64,000 nucleotides of DNA from Antedon mediterranea (lineage: Eukaryota > Animalia > Echinodermata), in contig NC_092677.1 in assembly GCF_964355755.1 (NCBI RefSeq), positions 26,957,175-27,021,174 of the forward strand. Direction: 5' to 3'. Each line of letters starts with the position of its first letter. Within the stretch, counting starts at the first letter, position 1. The notes beneath the pieces were generated by a model that was not told the origin of the DNA, searched no databases, and worked only from the letters and a program-made list of their open reading frames with translations. Shown here piece after piece: positions 38,003 through 50,130 of this stretch. The position numbers and the translations under genes are program-made.

Positions 38003-38479
38003 TCATTTTGCTAATAATATGGTTGCCTTGTATTTTTGGTAAATGTGAAATAAATGATTATAATTAAGTAATTGTTTTTTGATTTTGCAACTAAATATGT
38101 ACCACTTTGTAATTAAAATTAAAATGTTTGCATCACTGTGTGTTTTTCCAAAACCAAAACATATACTTTCTTTGGTGATAATTAAGTTATTGTTGATATT
38201 TCGATACATATATTGTTTTACATTTTCCCAAATGTTCTTTACCAGATCACATTCAAAGAACATATGTAGCAGTGTTTCCTGCTTTTCCTTGCAAAAACTA
38301 CACATTGGTGAATCGACCTTTGACATCTTAAAGAGCATTGTATTTGTATAAATTATACGATGAATAAATTTAAATTGAACATTTTTTAGCTTAGTGTCAT
38401 TTGTACAGGCGTGTAAATTTGAGAAAAGGTTTTTCCAATTAAGTTTGTTGTCAAACTCCTTTTCCCATTTGGTAAACAT
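38003..38479 (-). mobile_element. 5'-truncated LINE (L1/Tx1-type) ORF2 C-terminal zinc-finger remnant
   Basis: QFKFIHRIIYTN...CSFCKEKQETLLHMFFEC...W is the zf-RVT CCHC pattern downstream of non-LTR reverse transcriptases. Confidence 0.85.
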
Positions 38480-39026
38480 GACATTGCCAGTGCTGAGTAA
38501 GTATAAATATTTAAATATAAAGCTAGCATATTATCTATTTTTGTAGAGAATATTGTAATTTATAATATTAATAATGAACGTTTAATATGAAAGTAGATGT
38601 TATTAAATCAATAGCACTTTCTTGCAGTAACCACACACCTTAGTGATTAAAGGTTCTAATGAAATCTCTAGGCTTTGAAAAAGCAATACCACACAGACCA
38701 GTCGATTATAGATATCATCACAATTTGATTTAAACACGATGAAAGTTTTAAAATAGGGACCATCACAAATTACTCTAATGCAGTAAAGCTCTGTGTATAC
38801 AATCAAACTAGTTGTGATAAGCCCATATATGGTAGTGACATGCCCAAATATGGTAGTAATATGACATCATCATGTCCATATATGAACACATCACATCTCA
38901 TTTTTACTCCAATAAATGTATGACTATCTAGTTTTAATGTAAAGTTTATGAGGCAGACACTGCTATAAATATTTGACATGGTCCAAGTTAATGTATCAGT
39001 TCAACTGGTTCTTTTTAAATACTCAC

Positions 39027-39098
39027 CATTAATCGGCGACTGAGTTGTCTGCCGTCATCCACGTATTGCGACACACCTAGATTGCTTGTCCTTGTCGC
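39027..39098 (-). other. Candidate 72 nt 5'UTR exon of paralog B
   Basis: TTTTTTCTCGTTTTCAG| acceptor, |GTGAGT donor, and GC-richer than its surroundings. Confidence 0.55.
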
Positions 39099-40071
39099 CT
39101 GAAAACGAGAAAAAATCAGTCAAACGAAAAGCTAACAAGATTACTAATACTCATCCGAACCCATCACTTGACAACTACAGTTTGATAATCTTTTGAATCT
39201 GAGCAAGAAAGCTTTTAATTAGTACAAATGCAGAGCAATTATTTGTTGTTAAAGTTGGCGAAAACAACAATTTGCAATCCACGGTGGTACTTGGAAATTA
39301 TTTAACCAAATGGGATGTGTCAATTGTAACATATCACAAGATTCACATACAGTATCTATGTAAAACAACGGTGGATGAGTTTATAGGGGAGCATGTGAGT
39401 TTATAAGGGAACATGTCATGTCATATACTGCAGTAATATTGCAAGTAAATTTGGTTTATTTTTATACATTTTTATGCATTAATATTTAGCTTTCTTTAGA
39501 AAACTATACACAAGGTTTATTGCAGTGACTTCCTCATAAACTTCTACAAACTAAAATGTTATCGCAGTAAATAATGAATTATTGCATTAGATTTAAATGT
39601 GATTGTATGTTGCTATGGTAATTTGGTTTTTTTTTGAAAATGTAAAAAAAATAATTTCCTGAATTTTTTTATTAAAAATATGAGACAAAGCGGTAACCTT
39701 CACTTGTAGTTTTGAGATTATTTACTTAATAAAGTTGCTCACTTTGGTTGTGGTCGGACATGTTACATATTGGGTTCTAAAAAGAAGTAATAACAAGGTC
39801 ATTGATAATAGCATGACAAATTACACATCAATATTTCTATTTAGACAGATCAGTCTGATCATGGCTCAAGCCGATTTTTTAAGCGTATTTACATCGAATT
39901 AAACACTTAATGGTCAAGGATAAAACATTCAGCATTAAACTCTCAGGTTACAAAGTCTTACTAAAAGCTAATTGATATTAGATGGTCTTAATTTAGCATC
40001 TATTAATAAGAACTTATTTAAATAATCAATATTAATCATGACCACTGGACAATAATTTAAGCTTTAAAAGC

Positions 40072-40215
40072 TCTCGTCTTAATATTAGGAGGGACACGTT
40101 CTCCAGGAGAGTTATTCACTTATGGAATGCTCTGCTTGCGGATGTAGTTTCATGTGCTACGGTGAACTTGTTCAAAGCAAAACTTAACGTTGCATGGTCT
40201 AACCACCAGCTGAAG
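40072..40215 (+). mobile_element. CR1-type LINE 3' remnant; another at ~45860-45930
   Basis: Translates SRLNIRRDTFSRRVIHLWNALLADVVSCATVNLFKAKLNVAW, the typical CR1 ORF2 C-terminus. Confidence 0.75.
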
Positions 40216-41170
40216 TTTTCACCCTATATAGAATATGATTTTATTGCTAAGAGGGGCTTTTTTTAAGCACTGAGTGCTTTGCCTCAATCCCGTAGACGAA
40301 AGTGTAGGGGAAACAAGTAAACAATTACTGCAGATCTAAGCGCCCTCACAAGAAGTAGACAAAACGCTACAGCACAAAAAGAAGGCAAAACCTAACCTTG
40401 CATAAACATAAAAAGAGTGTTTGTAAAGCACAGCTTATTATTACAACCTCAATGTAAGTCACATGAATGTAAACATTAGCATAGTAACCGTTGTTATGCA
40501 TGAGCAATACATGGTTACAATATCATAAAAAACATTTAGTCAAGTCAAGTATACCTGCCAACTGTTTCAGTGGCCAATAAGAGAGACAAAATAAATTGAA
40601 AATGTATACCACACTGTTTTAATAACTTAATATAGCATGCCCTCTGTGTAATTATTGCAAAATAAAGTGCCCTATGTGTATAGTCTGTTTTAGAAAGAAA
40701 ATATTCTTTAGATGAATGGAGATTCACACGTACACATACATTTGTATTATCTATTTTTGGAAAGATAGAACATGGATAGAAAGTGAAAATAAAACATTAG
40801 TGTGAATGTGCTACTCATACACCGTTGATATATTTTTCTCATTGCGGAGGTACAGATATTCGGGATTGTGTTTAAGCTACAGCAGTTCACCACTGGTGGC
40901 ACACCGTTTCTATTCAATTATTATTAGAAAATTCTATTTATACTATAGTCTCTATTTTAAAGATTAAAAATAATTTAGTTAAAATAAAATTATCCGTTTA
41001 TCCTAAATGAAAGCAAAAAAAAACATCTACTTTGACAAAGGAAAGTTGGGTGCGAGTGCTTTGCGGTGTTACTGTGCGAATAGCAAAGGTTTTTCTGGTT
41101 GGTTATTCTCTTAATATAGTATTTTATTCTTACATCTGAAATTGAAAAATTTCCCCCATCATCAACTTAC

Positions 41171-41612
41171 CGGTACCCCTCACACTCACTGACTGAGCAC
41201 ACCAATCAGGCCTAGCCAAGCTAGCCAGGGAGGGGGAATCCCTAGACAGGATATTCATTTGTAATTATTGTAATAATTATTAAATTAAAATACAATAAAA
41301 ATGCCGACCTACATATTTAAAACCTGTAACTCCTGCACGCTTAATACGTTTTTTGTAGAACTTAAATTAAGCGGTTTTCGATCGCATCCTGATGATATAA
41401 TTTAAAGATCTTTTTAGAGAAAGTACGTCCAAATAATAGATGGCGCTATAACGTTTGGAAATACTTATCAAACCATAGAGGTCGTTGTTGTAAACATTCA
41501 CACGTTTTTGTTGTGTAACCTCTCTCCGCGGCCGAGCGAGTAGAATCCATATTATGCAATTTTATGAAATAAAATATTTATTAGTGTATTGTATAGTTTC
41601 TTCTGTATCAAC
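41171..41612. promoter_or_regulatory. Candidate first exon of paralog B (41171-~41196, minus) and bidirectional promoter with CTU2
   Basis: CCG|GTAAGT donor, Inr-like TCAGT, CCAAT at ~41202, AGATGGCGCT at ~41439 and a CpG-rich patch at 41520-41540. Confidence 0.5.
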
Positions 41613-44600
41613 ATGTGTGAGGCTCCAGATGAAACACAGTTTATGACCAAAAAGCCATCAATAATGTGAGTTACATGTACTCTCTGTAGGCGCAAATTTT
41701 AGCTAGGCCTAGCCTAGCACTAGGCCTACTTTAGGCTAGTTAGGCGCGCTAGGTAGGCGAAGGCAGTAAGTAAGTTGGTAGACATGGGTCGGCTCGTGCT
41801 GTATGTAGGCGAGATTTGCGTAGTCCTACCTAGGCCTACTAATGTCAAATGCGTCCAGTAGTCGTGAAGTGTAAACTGATAGGCCTGTAGTAGGCCTATC
41901 AAGTTTAATATTTATTCTTGAAAAAAAATTAATTCAGTACAAATTTTGTTTTTTCTTTTGAATCTTTTAGAACAACTGAAAGAAAATGTATGAAATGTGA
42001 AGAAAATGCTGTTTTGGTAATCAGGATTGATGATGCTTTTTGTAGGTGAGAAACAATTGATATTGAGAAATCAGACATAAGAGGACCTTATCTTGTTTTG
42101 TCATACTTGTTCCCAGTTTTTATCTTTTTTTTATGCAAAATCACTAACTCACAAAATAATGATCATAGTTGAGTATTAATTGATTTACTTTTTTTTCATA
42201 GGAATTGTTTTGTACACTACATGACCCACAAGTTCCGTTCAGCTATTGGTAAAGGAAGGTTAATCCTGTATGACGAGAAGGTGCTCTTGGCGTATTCAGG
42301 TGGACACAGCTCTTGTGCTATGCTTCACCTCGTACAACAGGTTTGATATTTTATATGAATATTTTTTCTGTAAATGTTATTGGTTTTTGTAAAAAGGTTG
42401 TGTGAAAAGCTTACTTTTATTGTAGTATGTCTTTTTACTCTTCCATCAAATGTAACAATTTTGTTTCTGCTCTTAATTCTAGGGTTTTCTAGAACATGTT
42501 CACAAGAAATTGCGTTTCTTTCCTCACCTAGTTCACATTGATGGTAATTTCAAGTATAATTTAACCAAGATTTTCTAAAATAAATTGATATAATCAGATA
42601 ATTCTTAAGCTCTGTCTACCACTAACACTATCGAACTTCATGTGACAAAAAAAATGTGACGTGCCCAAATATGGACATTATGACATCATATCACTACCAT
42701 ATTTGGGCACATTTTTTGGTCAAACTAGTTTGATAGTGTAGACAGAGCTTTATAAGTCAAAATTATTCAAATATATTGAATTTTAATTAATCATATTGAG
42801 GTGAACTTCATCAACTGCCAATAACCTAAAGTTTTTTTGTAATTTTTGACAATAGAGGGGGCTGTTACTAATCAAGATTTGGAAGAAAGATTATGCGATT
42901 ATAAGGAAATTACATCTAAACTACAAAGCACTGGTATTCCTTATGATGTAGTCTATTTGGAAAGGGTAAGTATTGCCATTCAGTGTCAATTATGTGAAGG
43001 TAAAAGAAAAAAGAATGTATCATAGCCTAGAAATAAATATATACAATGTCTCATCTATTCACTGCCTTTTGTAGGTACCTATTCTTTTCCTTTACTACTT
43101 TATGAATTACATTGGCATTTTAAAAGGTGATGTCCCTTGATAGTGAACAACTAACAAAAAAGCCTGCAAATTCAACCATTGAAAATTGCTCTGGAACCAA
43201 GAAAGAAGGTGATGCTTCTGGCTCCTATAAAGATGGTTCTGAAAACAAACTAGAAGGAGTTAGAAAAACCAGTGGTCCGGTATCTGACGACTCCAGTACA
43301 ACAGAAGGATGTCCCTGTGACAGAGATATGTCAAATGGAATGGAATCATTAGATATCAATGGGTTGGCAGGGAGTCTTAAGAAGCTTCTAGAATCTGCCA
43401 AAACACTTACTACCAAAGAAGATCTACTGTGGCAATTAAGGTACATGCACATCATCTTTTCTATTTTTGTGCACAAATAGTTTTGAGGTAGAGAGGAAAG
43501 ATGGTTGATTTTCCCTGTGTAGTTCCTCAGGTATACCCTTGGAAGTTTTTAATTCACCCCAGTTGTCTACATTTACATTTTAATGTGAAAAAGTAAAAAT
43601 AGGCATTTTAAATATATGATATTGGTCTGGGTTTAAATCTGTCACATTTTATTTTAGTCATGATAAAATTAACTGTATTTAGCATGCTAGATATGATTTT
43701 TAATTGTCTTATTTTGTAGGCATCAGTTACTAATTGAGGTTGCCAGACAGCGAGGATGCACTAAGATCATGTTGGCAGACTCTGGTACGCTAGTGTCTAT
43801 ACGAATCCTCGCAAATATCGCTCAAGGTAGGGGAGCTGCGTTACCGTTAGATACAGGCTTTGTTGATGGACGTCATGGTGATATAAATTTTGTTAGGCCT
43901 TTGAAGTGAGTTACTCTATTTAATAATATATTCACTTACTAAAATAAAACTGTATTAAAAAAGAGGATTTAATCATCATGAAAAACCTATGATTAAAGAC
44001 TAACTCCCTGTCCTGACGAATATACACTGATTTTTATAGGGAATTCACAAAAAAAGAAATAGTACTATACAATAAGTTTCATGATGTGAAGTCAACGTTC
44101 ATTCCTTCACTTACGACAAAGGTGGGGTCTGGTGCAAGTATCAACCTTCTCACCGAAGAATTTGTCAACGCGCTACAGGAAGGCTTCCCATCAACCATCA
44201 GTACCATATGCAGGTAAGAATTTTTTCATTCATTGTATTAATAATTTATAATTACAATATACCTGCTACTTAGGTTACTGTGTGCAAAGCTGCACTACTG
44301 GAGTGACAGGTACTGCTGGTAAACCCCTGAAATGGAGTGAGTGTCAGTGGTGGTTGAAATTGTTTTAATGAAATAATGGGGTTTTTTTTAGGACTGGTGA
44401 AAAATTGGGAACAGAAGGAAATTCATCACAGAATAAATGTTTAATATGTAAGGTAAGAAGCGTTTGCCAATAAACCAGGAAAAAAATCTAATACAAGCTA
44501 ATACTGTACATGCTGCTTGTAATACAAGAAATGCTCATCTTCTAGGCCCCACTTGATACATCTGTTCCACAAGCGTCAGCCTTGAACGCAACCAACTTCT

Positions 44601-45384
44601 CCCTGTCATTGTCAAGTACTTGTAAGAGGACGATGTCAAGTAAGCAGCCTAGCTCAGATGATCAGTGTTGTGGTGAAGGAGATGGTGGTTGTCATGGTAA
44701 TACAGTTAACAAGTAAGTCTTTTCGTTACATATTCTGCTGACCGGATAGTTCCCTTTCATGAATACCAGCTAAGTGTTTAACTGGGGCAACATGTAATAG
44801 TTCCATATATTCTTCTTAAGGATAGTCCCCTGTCATGAATGTGTTTAACTGCAACACTGTGTAACATGTAGTATAGTCCCATATAACACATTCATTCTGC
44901 TTATATGCACTATATAATTAACTATTATTCATTGACATGATGCAACAGTAGGATTGCTTATATTGTTATTCTATTCTATTTTTATCAAGAATTGACATGA
45001 AAGATATAGAGGGCCTCCTTTGTTATGGTTGCCGTGTCACAATACGAGACGTTACAGATCTGAATCTACTGCCATCACAGATTAAAGCAGAGGTTGAGAA
45101 AACGATAAGAAGGTAAGGAATTGTGGGTTCAAATATTACTCTTTTATTTTCATTATTAGGGGTCATGTGAACATATACAAAGATATAGCGGGTTCTCACT
45201 CGACAGTGATTTAGTACAGTATTTCACTTTTGGGATGCCCTGTCTCAAGTTTCTGTATTTTTTATGCCCATACATTTATTATGAGATAAATAAATGAAAC
45301 CTAATACCCCAGTTTGCCATTTTTATTTTTTATAGGTCTAAAATGAAAGAAGAAATTGAGGACTTTCTTCTTCCAGATGATTGA
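41613..45384 (+). CDS. CTU2: Cytoplasmic tRNA 2-thiolation protein 2
   Basis: ~12 exons (approx. 41613-41665, 41971-42045, 42202-42340, 42483-42543, 42856-42965, 43127-43441, 43720-43905, 44040-44213, 44392-44452, 44546-44712, 44990-45112, 45336-45384). Motifs CMKC...DAFCRECF...HKFR, VLLAYSGGHSSCAML, IAQGRGAALP, FPSTISTICRTGEKL, LLCYGCR. Confidence 0.93.
42608..42749. mobile_element. Tourist-like MITE, AGCTCTGTCTACACT family
   Basis: TIRs and TTA TSD. Confidence 0.85.
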
Positions 45385-45634
45385 AGACTGTAATTAGGCA
45401 GTGCTAACTACAGAAAAACGAAAGTATTATAATATCTATTAATATAAACAAAACCCTATGGAGTATGATGAATAAATTGTATATTAATTAACATTAATTA
45501 AAATTTTGCATAATAAATAAAAACTAAAAGAAACATGAATTTAGTCAGTAATTGGTTCATACAAAAAACGTTTGTTGAATGTTGTATGAAAAACTCATTT
45601 GTTAGTACTGTAATAAAACAATAACTGTTTAACT

Positions 45635-48600
45635 TCATCTCCAGTCATCAGCTGAAGCCATACTGGTTTTAAACTCTGACAAGGCCCATCGTTTGTTGTC
45701 TATCTCGGCCTGAAGTTGGTCATACTCCTGGACCATCTTATCAAAACCCATACCAAGTGATTGGTAAGACTGTAACGCTTGACTGACTTGGTTCAACTCT
45801 TTTTCATTTTCATGATATTCGTGACTCAGATGTTTTCTAGAAAATATAAACATTGATCAGTTATTGGAATGCTCTTCCAACTACAGTGGTCAACACAACA
45901 ACTCTATTATTAGATTGGATAAGCATTGGCATGAGGGGTTTAAAAGGCTCAGAAACCAGCCTTTCAACTGTAAGTGACGGGGGTTGGCATGTATGCTATA
46001 CATGAATATGATTATACTATTATTATTTAGGTTAATTTAGCCTTGCCAGCCTACTTACTTGATATGTTTGTGGGTTTCAACCACTTCTTTTGTGTATGTA
46101 TCACATAAAAGCTGTGCCTTAAAAAACCTAGAGTAAAAATCATCAAAATAATATCATTGACATACACAAACTCTAGGGAGCGAGGTCAAAGTTCACACTG
46201 GATGTGAAACTTGTTAACATGACCCTTCAGTAATACATATACAACACGGGTATTACTATTTAACTGGTCATCTTCCCATTTCGCACAAGAAGCACTTCTT
46301 CCATTGTTTTACCTTATCTTTAGGCACATGGCCTGGCATCTGACACTCATCCAATCACTAGTGACGCTATCGCTGTCTGCTTGAAATTTCAAACGGTGTT
46401 TCTTTATCAACTTCTCTAATGTGGTTATACAGTCCATCATGGCCTAGTATAAGTAAATCAGTTTGATATCTATGCTCAGTTTTATTTGTAAAAGCCTAAT
46501 CTATTGTAACAAACTTTAGTTTGCAAATACAAGCAAACTCGCAGTTTGCCAACAAAAATTAAAAGAAAATATGCATATATAAAGATGTATACAAATTACA
46601 ATGTTAAAGAAATGTATATGGAAATAAAAGTGGGACAAACCCATTTAAGACAAAATAAAAGAAACCATTGAACTTTGGAAAGGTTTTAAATAACTTACCT
46701 GAAAATACTGCCAAAATTGCTTATCTCTTTTTGCTTGGGCAAACTTTAAATTTGTTTTTTCTTCTTCTAATTGTCTGCTTTCAGATTGTAGAATATCGGG
46801 TAACTTAGTTGCTTTGGCAAAAATTAGTTTGTCGCAACTTTCTATCAATAGTAAATTTTAAAATTACAATTTGTAGCTAGTTATTTTGATAAATAATGTA
46901 GCTCTTATTCTCAATGTTATAGAAATATAAGTGTATAGCATGGTACAACCATAGATCTCAAGTACACCAGCGGATACTAAGTATCCATCAATGATGGCCA
47001 TGTGTCTTGAGAAGAAGATGGCTACAAGAACAGTAAATGTCATTTTTATTCTCCAAAAGACAAGGAGTGAGACTGAGAGTGGACCAAACAAAAAGAGAAG
47101 TTCTATTCCAATACCTTGATCTATTGGAGGCTGATGGAACTCAACTAGTGATTGGCATTTGTGTTGTAAATTCTCCTCAATCTGTGGTATCAACCGCTGC
47201 TGTATAGACGCTACACGCTATAATCAACATAATATTACAATAATAATAATAATATTGCGATAAGATGCAAAGATTTAGACGGTATATAAAGTCCATCCCA
47301 ACCTCCCCTCTCCAAGTTTATGAAGTGTACATACATGACGGTGTGGGTTAGCCTTCTTCAAGGTTTCTTTGTTAAGACCTAGTAGGCCTGGAGTGTCTTC
47401 ATCTGTTAGCAAATAGTTCTCTAACTCTGCTGTGTATAAGCATGTTTTGACAGCTTCTTGAAACTGAAAAGGGCAAAATAGAATTTATATTACAAGATCG
47501 TAGCAAACTCTTGATTACTTTTCACTAGTCAATGTTGATATTTAAAAAAACAAAGATGACATTTTTTAATGAAGGGCCAAAGTTTGCATACTGCTCGTGT
47601 GGCTGATAATTCCCATATAGCCTATGGAGTATCTTACTTGTGCATTAGCTGATGTTGGGTTGATCTCCAGATTTTGTATATCCTTCTCCAATAGCAACTC
47701 CTGCAGTTCATCGTACAAGAGCAGCTGTTGAAGGTATTGTCTTTTCTCCCTTTGTAATCTTTCTTTCGCCTAAAAAATTCAGTAATTAAAATATCTCCAT
47801 AATGATGCACTCGGTCATGTTAGAAAATTACTATTTGGAAAAATAAAACTTTATTTCAGAAAGGTCATTGTTGCAATGCCGGAGTTTGTTTGTACAGGTA
47901 TTGCAAATTAAACAAATTATAAACCCAGCAGGATTTGAACCATGTAAAGCAAAAAAAATGTATCTTTCAACATGCTCCCTCTCGGCACTGCTCCCTCTGT
48001 GACAATATTTGTCCAAGTACTTCACTCTGAGTGTTTTCGTCATTATTTTTATTTATTTTACACTTTTTATTGTTTTAAGTGATACACTAACCATTTGAAT
48101 GTCCTGGGTGGCTTGCTTGCTCATTCCGTTAGGACCCAAGTGTGATGACACTGCTTGTAGTAGCTTTACAAACTCTGGGTTCTTTCTCACATCACTGCCG
48201 GTCATATGTACTGGCAAACTCATATTAACTGTGTACAAAGCACAATGATTTTAAATATAACTTATACATCATCAAAATATTGTTTGTTATGCTTTGTCTA
48301 CACTATCAAACTAGTTTGACAAAAAAAGTGTGATGTGCCCAAATAATATGGTAGTGATATCATCATGTCCATATATGGGCACTCACATCACATTTTTTGT
48401 CACATATTATTAATATATTATTATTATTAACATTATATAATTATATTATTAAGTTTGATAAACCTAATCAACATTTTTGCTTCGCACTCAAATAAAAGTT
48501 AAAAATATTCTTCTCCAACTAGGCTAGGCCTAAATACAAATGTTATGCGCGATTTGAACGATTTGCGCAATTTGAAATTGCGCAAAAAAAATCCTTGCGC

Positions 48601-49815
48601 AATTTGAATTGAAACATGTGTTTCAAATTGCGCAAGCAACGTATTAAATTGCGCAAGTAATCTGCAAACTGCGCAAGGTTTTTCGACAGATTGTGAAATC
48701 ATGCACACCCATATTTATATAGTAATTTCTAAGAATGATTCAAAATTAAAGATAAATATCGCATTTCCTTATTTTAGTAGTGCAAATATTGTTATAAGTT
48801 AGCATACCGTCGAAGAACCGACGAAGGAAAACGAAGCGGTGGTGTTCCACCAGGCGGGCGCGGCGCGGGCGGCCGGCTATACTACTCTAGCCTAGCTAGG
48901 GTCTGGACTACTGATACTGACTAGGTTACATGGCCTAGCTTAAACTAATATTAAAAACTTAATTTTTACATTTATTTTGATTTATTTCAAGTTACAGTGA
49001 TAATATTATTTAATTGTAATAATAAATGTTATGTATTTATTATACACATGTTATCTTCGCATTTATTATGTTTTATTTTGAGTTATTTAGTTTCCAATAA
49101 ATTATTATAATACCGATTGTAGTTCGTTTTCAAATTGCGCAAAGGTGTCATATTGCGCAAGAACTATCTTGCGCAATTTACAAATTGTGCAGCGCAATTT
49201 AAAATTGCGCAAAGATTTTCTTGCGCAATTTGAAATTGCGCAAGTTGAAATTGCGCAAAAAAATCCTTGCGCAATTTTAAATTGCGCAAGAATTCTTTGC
49301 GCTATTTCAAATTGCGCAAGGATTTTTTTGCGCAATTTCAAATTGCGCAAATCGTTCAAATCGCGCATAACACAAATACTACATACAGAAGAAAACCACC
49401 TGACTGCATATTGACTTTTTCTCTTATTAACAAAGTAGCCTATAGGCCCTGACGCAAAGTTAGCCTAAACTACTACTACTAGCCTACTACTAGGCCAACT
49501 AGGAGGTAGGTAGGCTAATTCTATATTATTAAGTAGAGCTACCTACTAGCTACTACAATCAGGGCCTAGCCTAGGCCTATAGCCTTGTTTATTATTGAGA
49601 GAACCTTTACCTAACTTAACTAGGCCTAGCCTACTAGGCCTACTCTAGCTAGCTTAGCCTAGGCCTACGTACTACTAGCTAGTAGCTCTAGGCTTACTTA
49701 GCCTACTACTAGCTAGCCTAGCTTAGAGATCCGCTTTTGACTATTCATACGTAACAGAGCCTACTTTACTTTTTAATGCCAACGCTTCATCATTTAATGA
49801 CCCTTGTACGGCCAT
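45635..49815 (-). CDS. HAUS4: HAUS augmin-like complex subunit 4
   Basis: ~9 exons (49770-49815, 48092-48228, ~47638-47769, ~47335-47464, ~47116-47217, ~46699-46843, ~46313-46444, ~46059-46127, 45635-45836). LPVHMTGSDVRKNPEFVKLL, QLLCDTYTKEVV and LGMGFDKMVQEY...IDNKRWALSEF resemble HAUS4. Confidence 0.85.
48541..49372. mobile_element. 832 bp TIR element with TGT...ACA ends and 4 bp TSD (Ginger-like, foldback-type TIRs)
   Basis: TGTTATGCGCGATTTGAACGATTTGCGCAATTTGAAATTGCGCAA is mirrored at the right end. CAAA at 48537-48540 and 49373-49376. Confidence 0.8.
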
Positions 49816-50130
49816 AATATTATGAATAAATTAACTTAAACAATTAATTTGCATAAGAAACGGTCAAATCTCCCGCCCAGGTGGTTTCAACAGTGACATA
49901 AATAATAAACCTCGTTCATAATATCTAAAATAGATACACGATTATAGTCTAATAAAACACACATTAACATAATTAATAATAATAAAAAATATTGATTTTA
50001 ACTCCTACTAATTTCATATACAAAAAAATAACTTACACAATCGAAATTACGAAAAGCGCATTTATATAACCTTTTATTTCCTCTGGTGACTAGACTGGTG
50101 GAAAGCCGAAAGTTTTTTTGTTGTTTCAAA
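49816..50130. promoter_or_regulatory. Bidirectional promoter HAUS4/UBA2
   Basis: Divergent start codons only 315 bp apart; TCTCCCGCCC at ~49869. Confidence 0.7.

Noticed and set aside
49105-49452. Overlapping ORFs rich in LRNFKLRK/AQFEIAQ
   Set aside because: Translations of the transposon's repetitive TIR.
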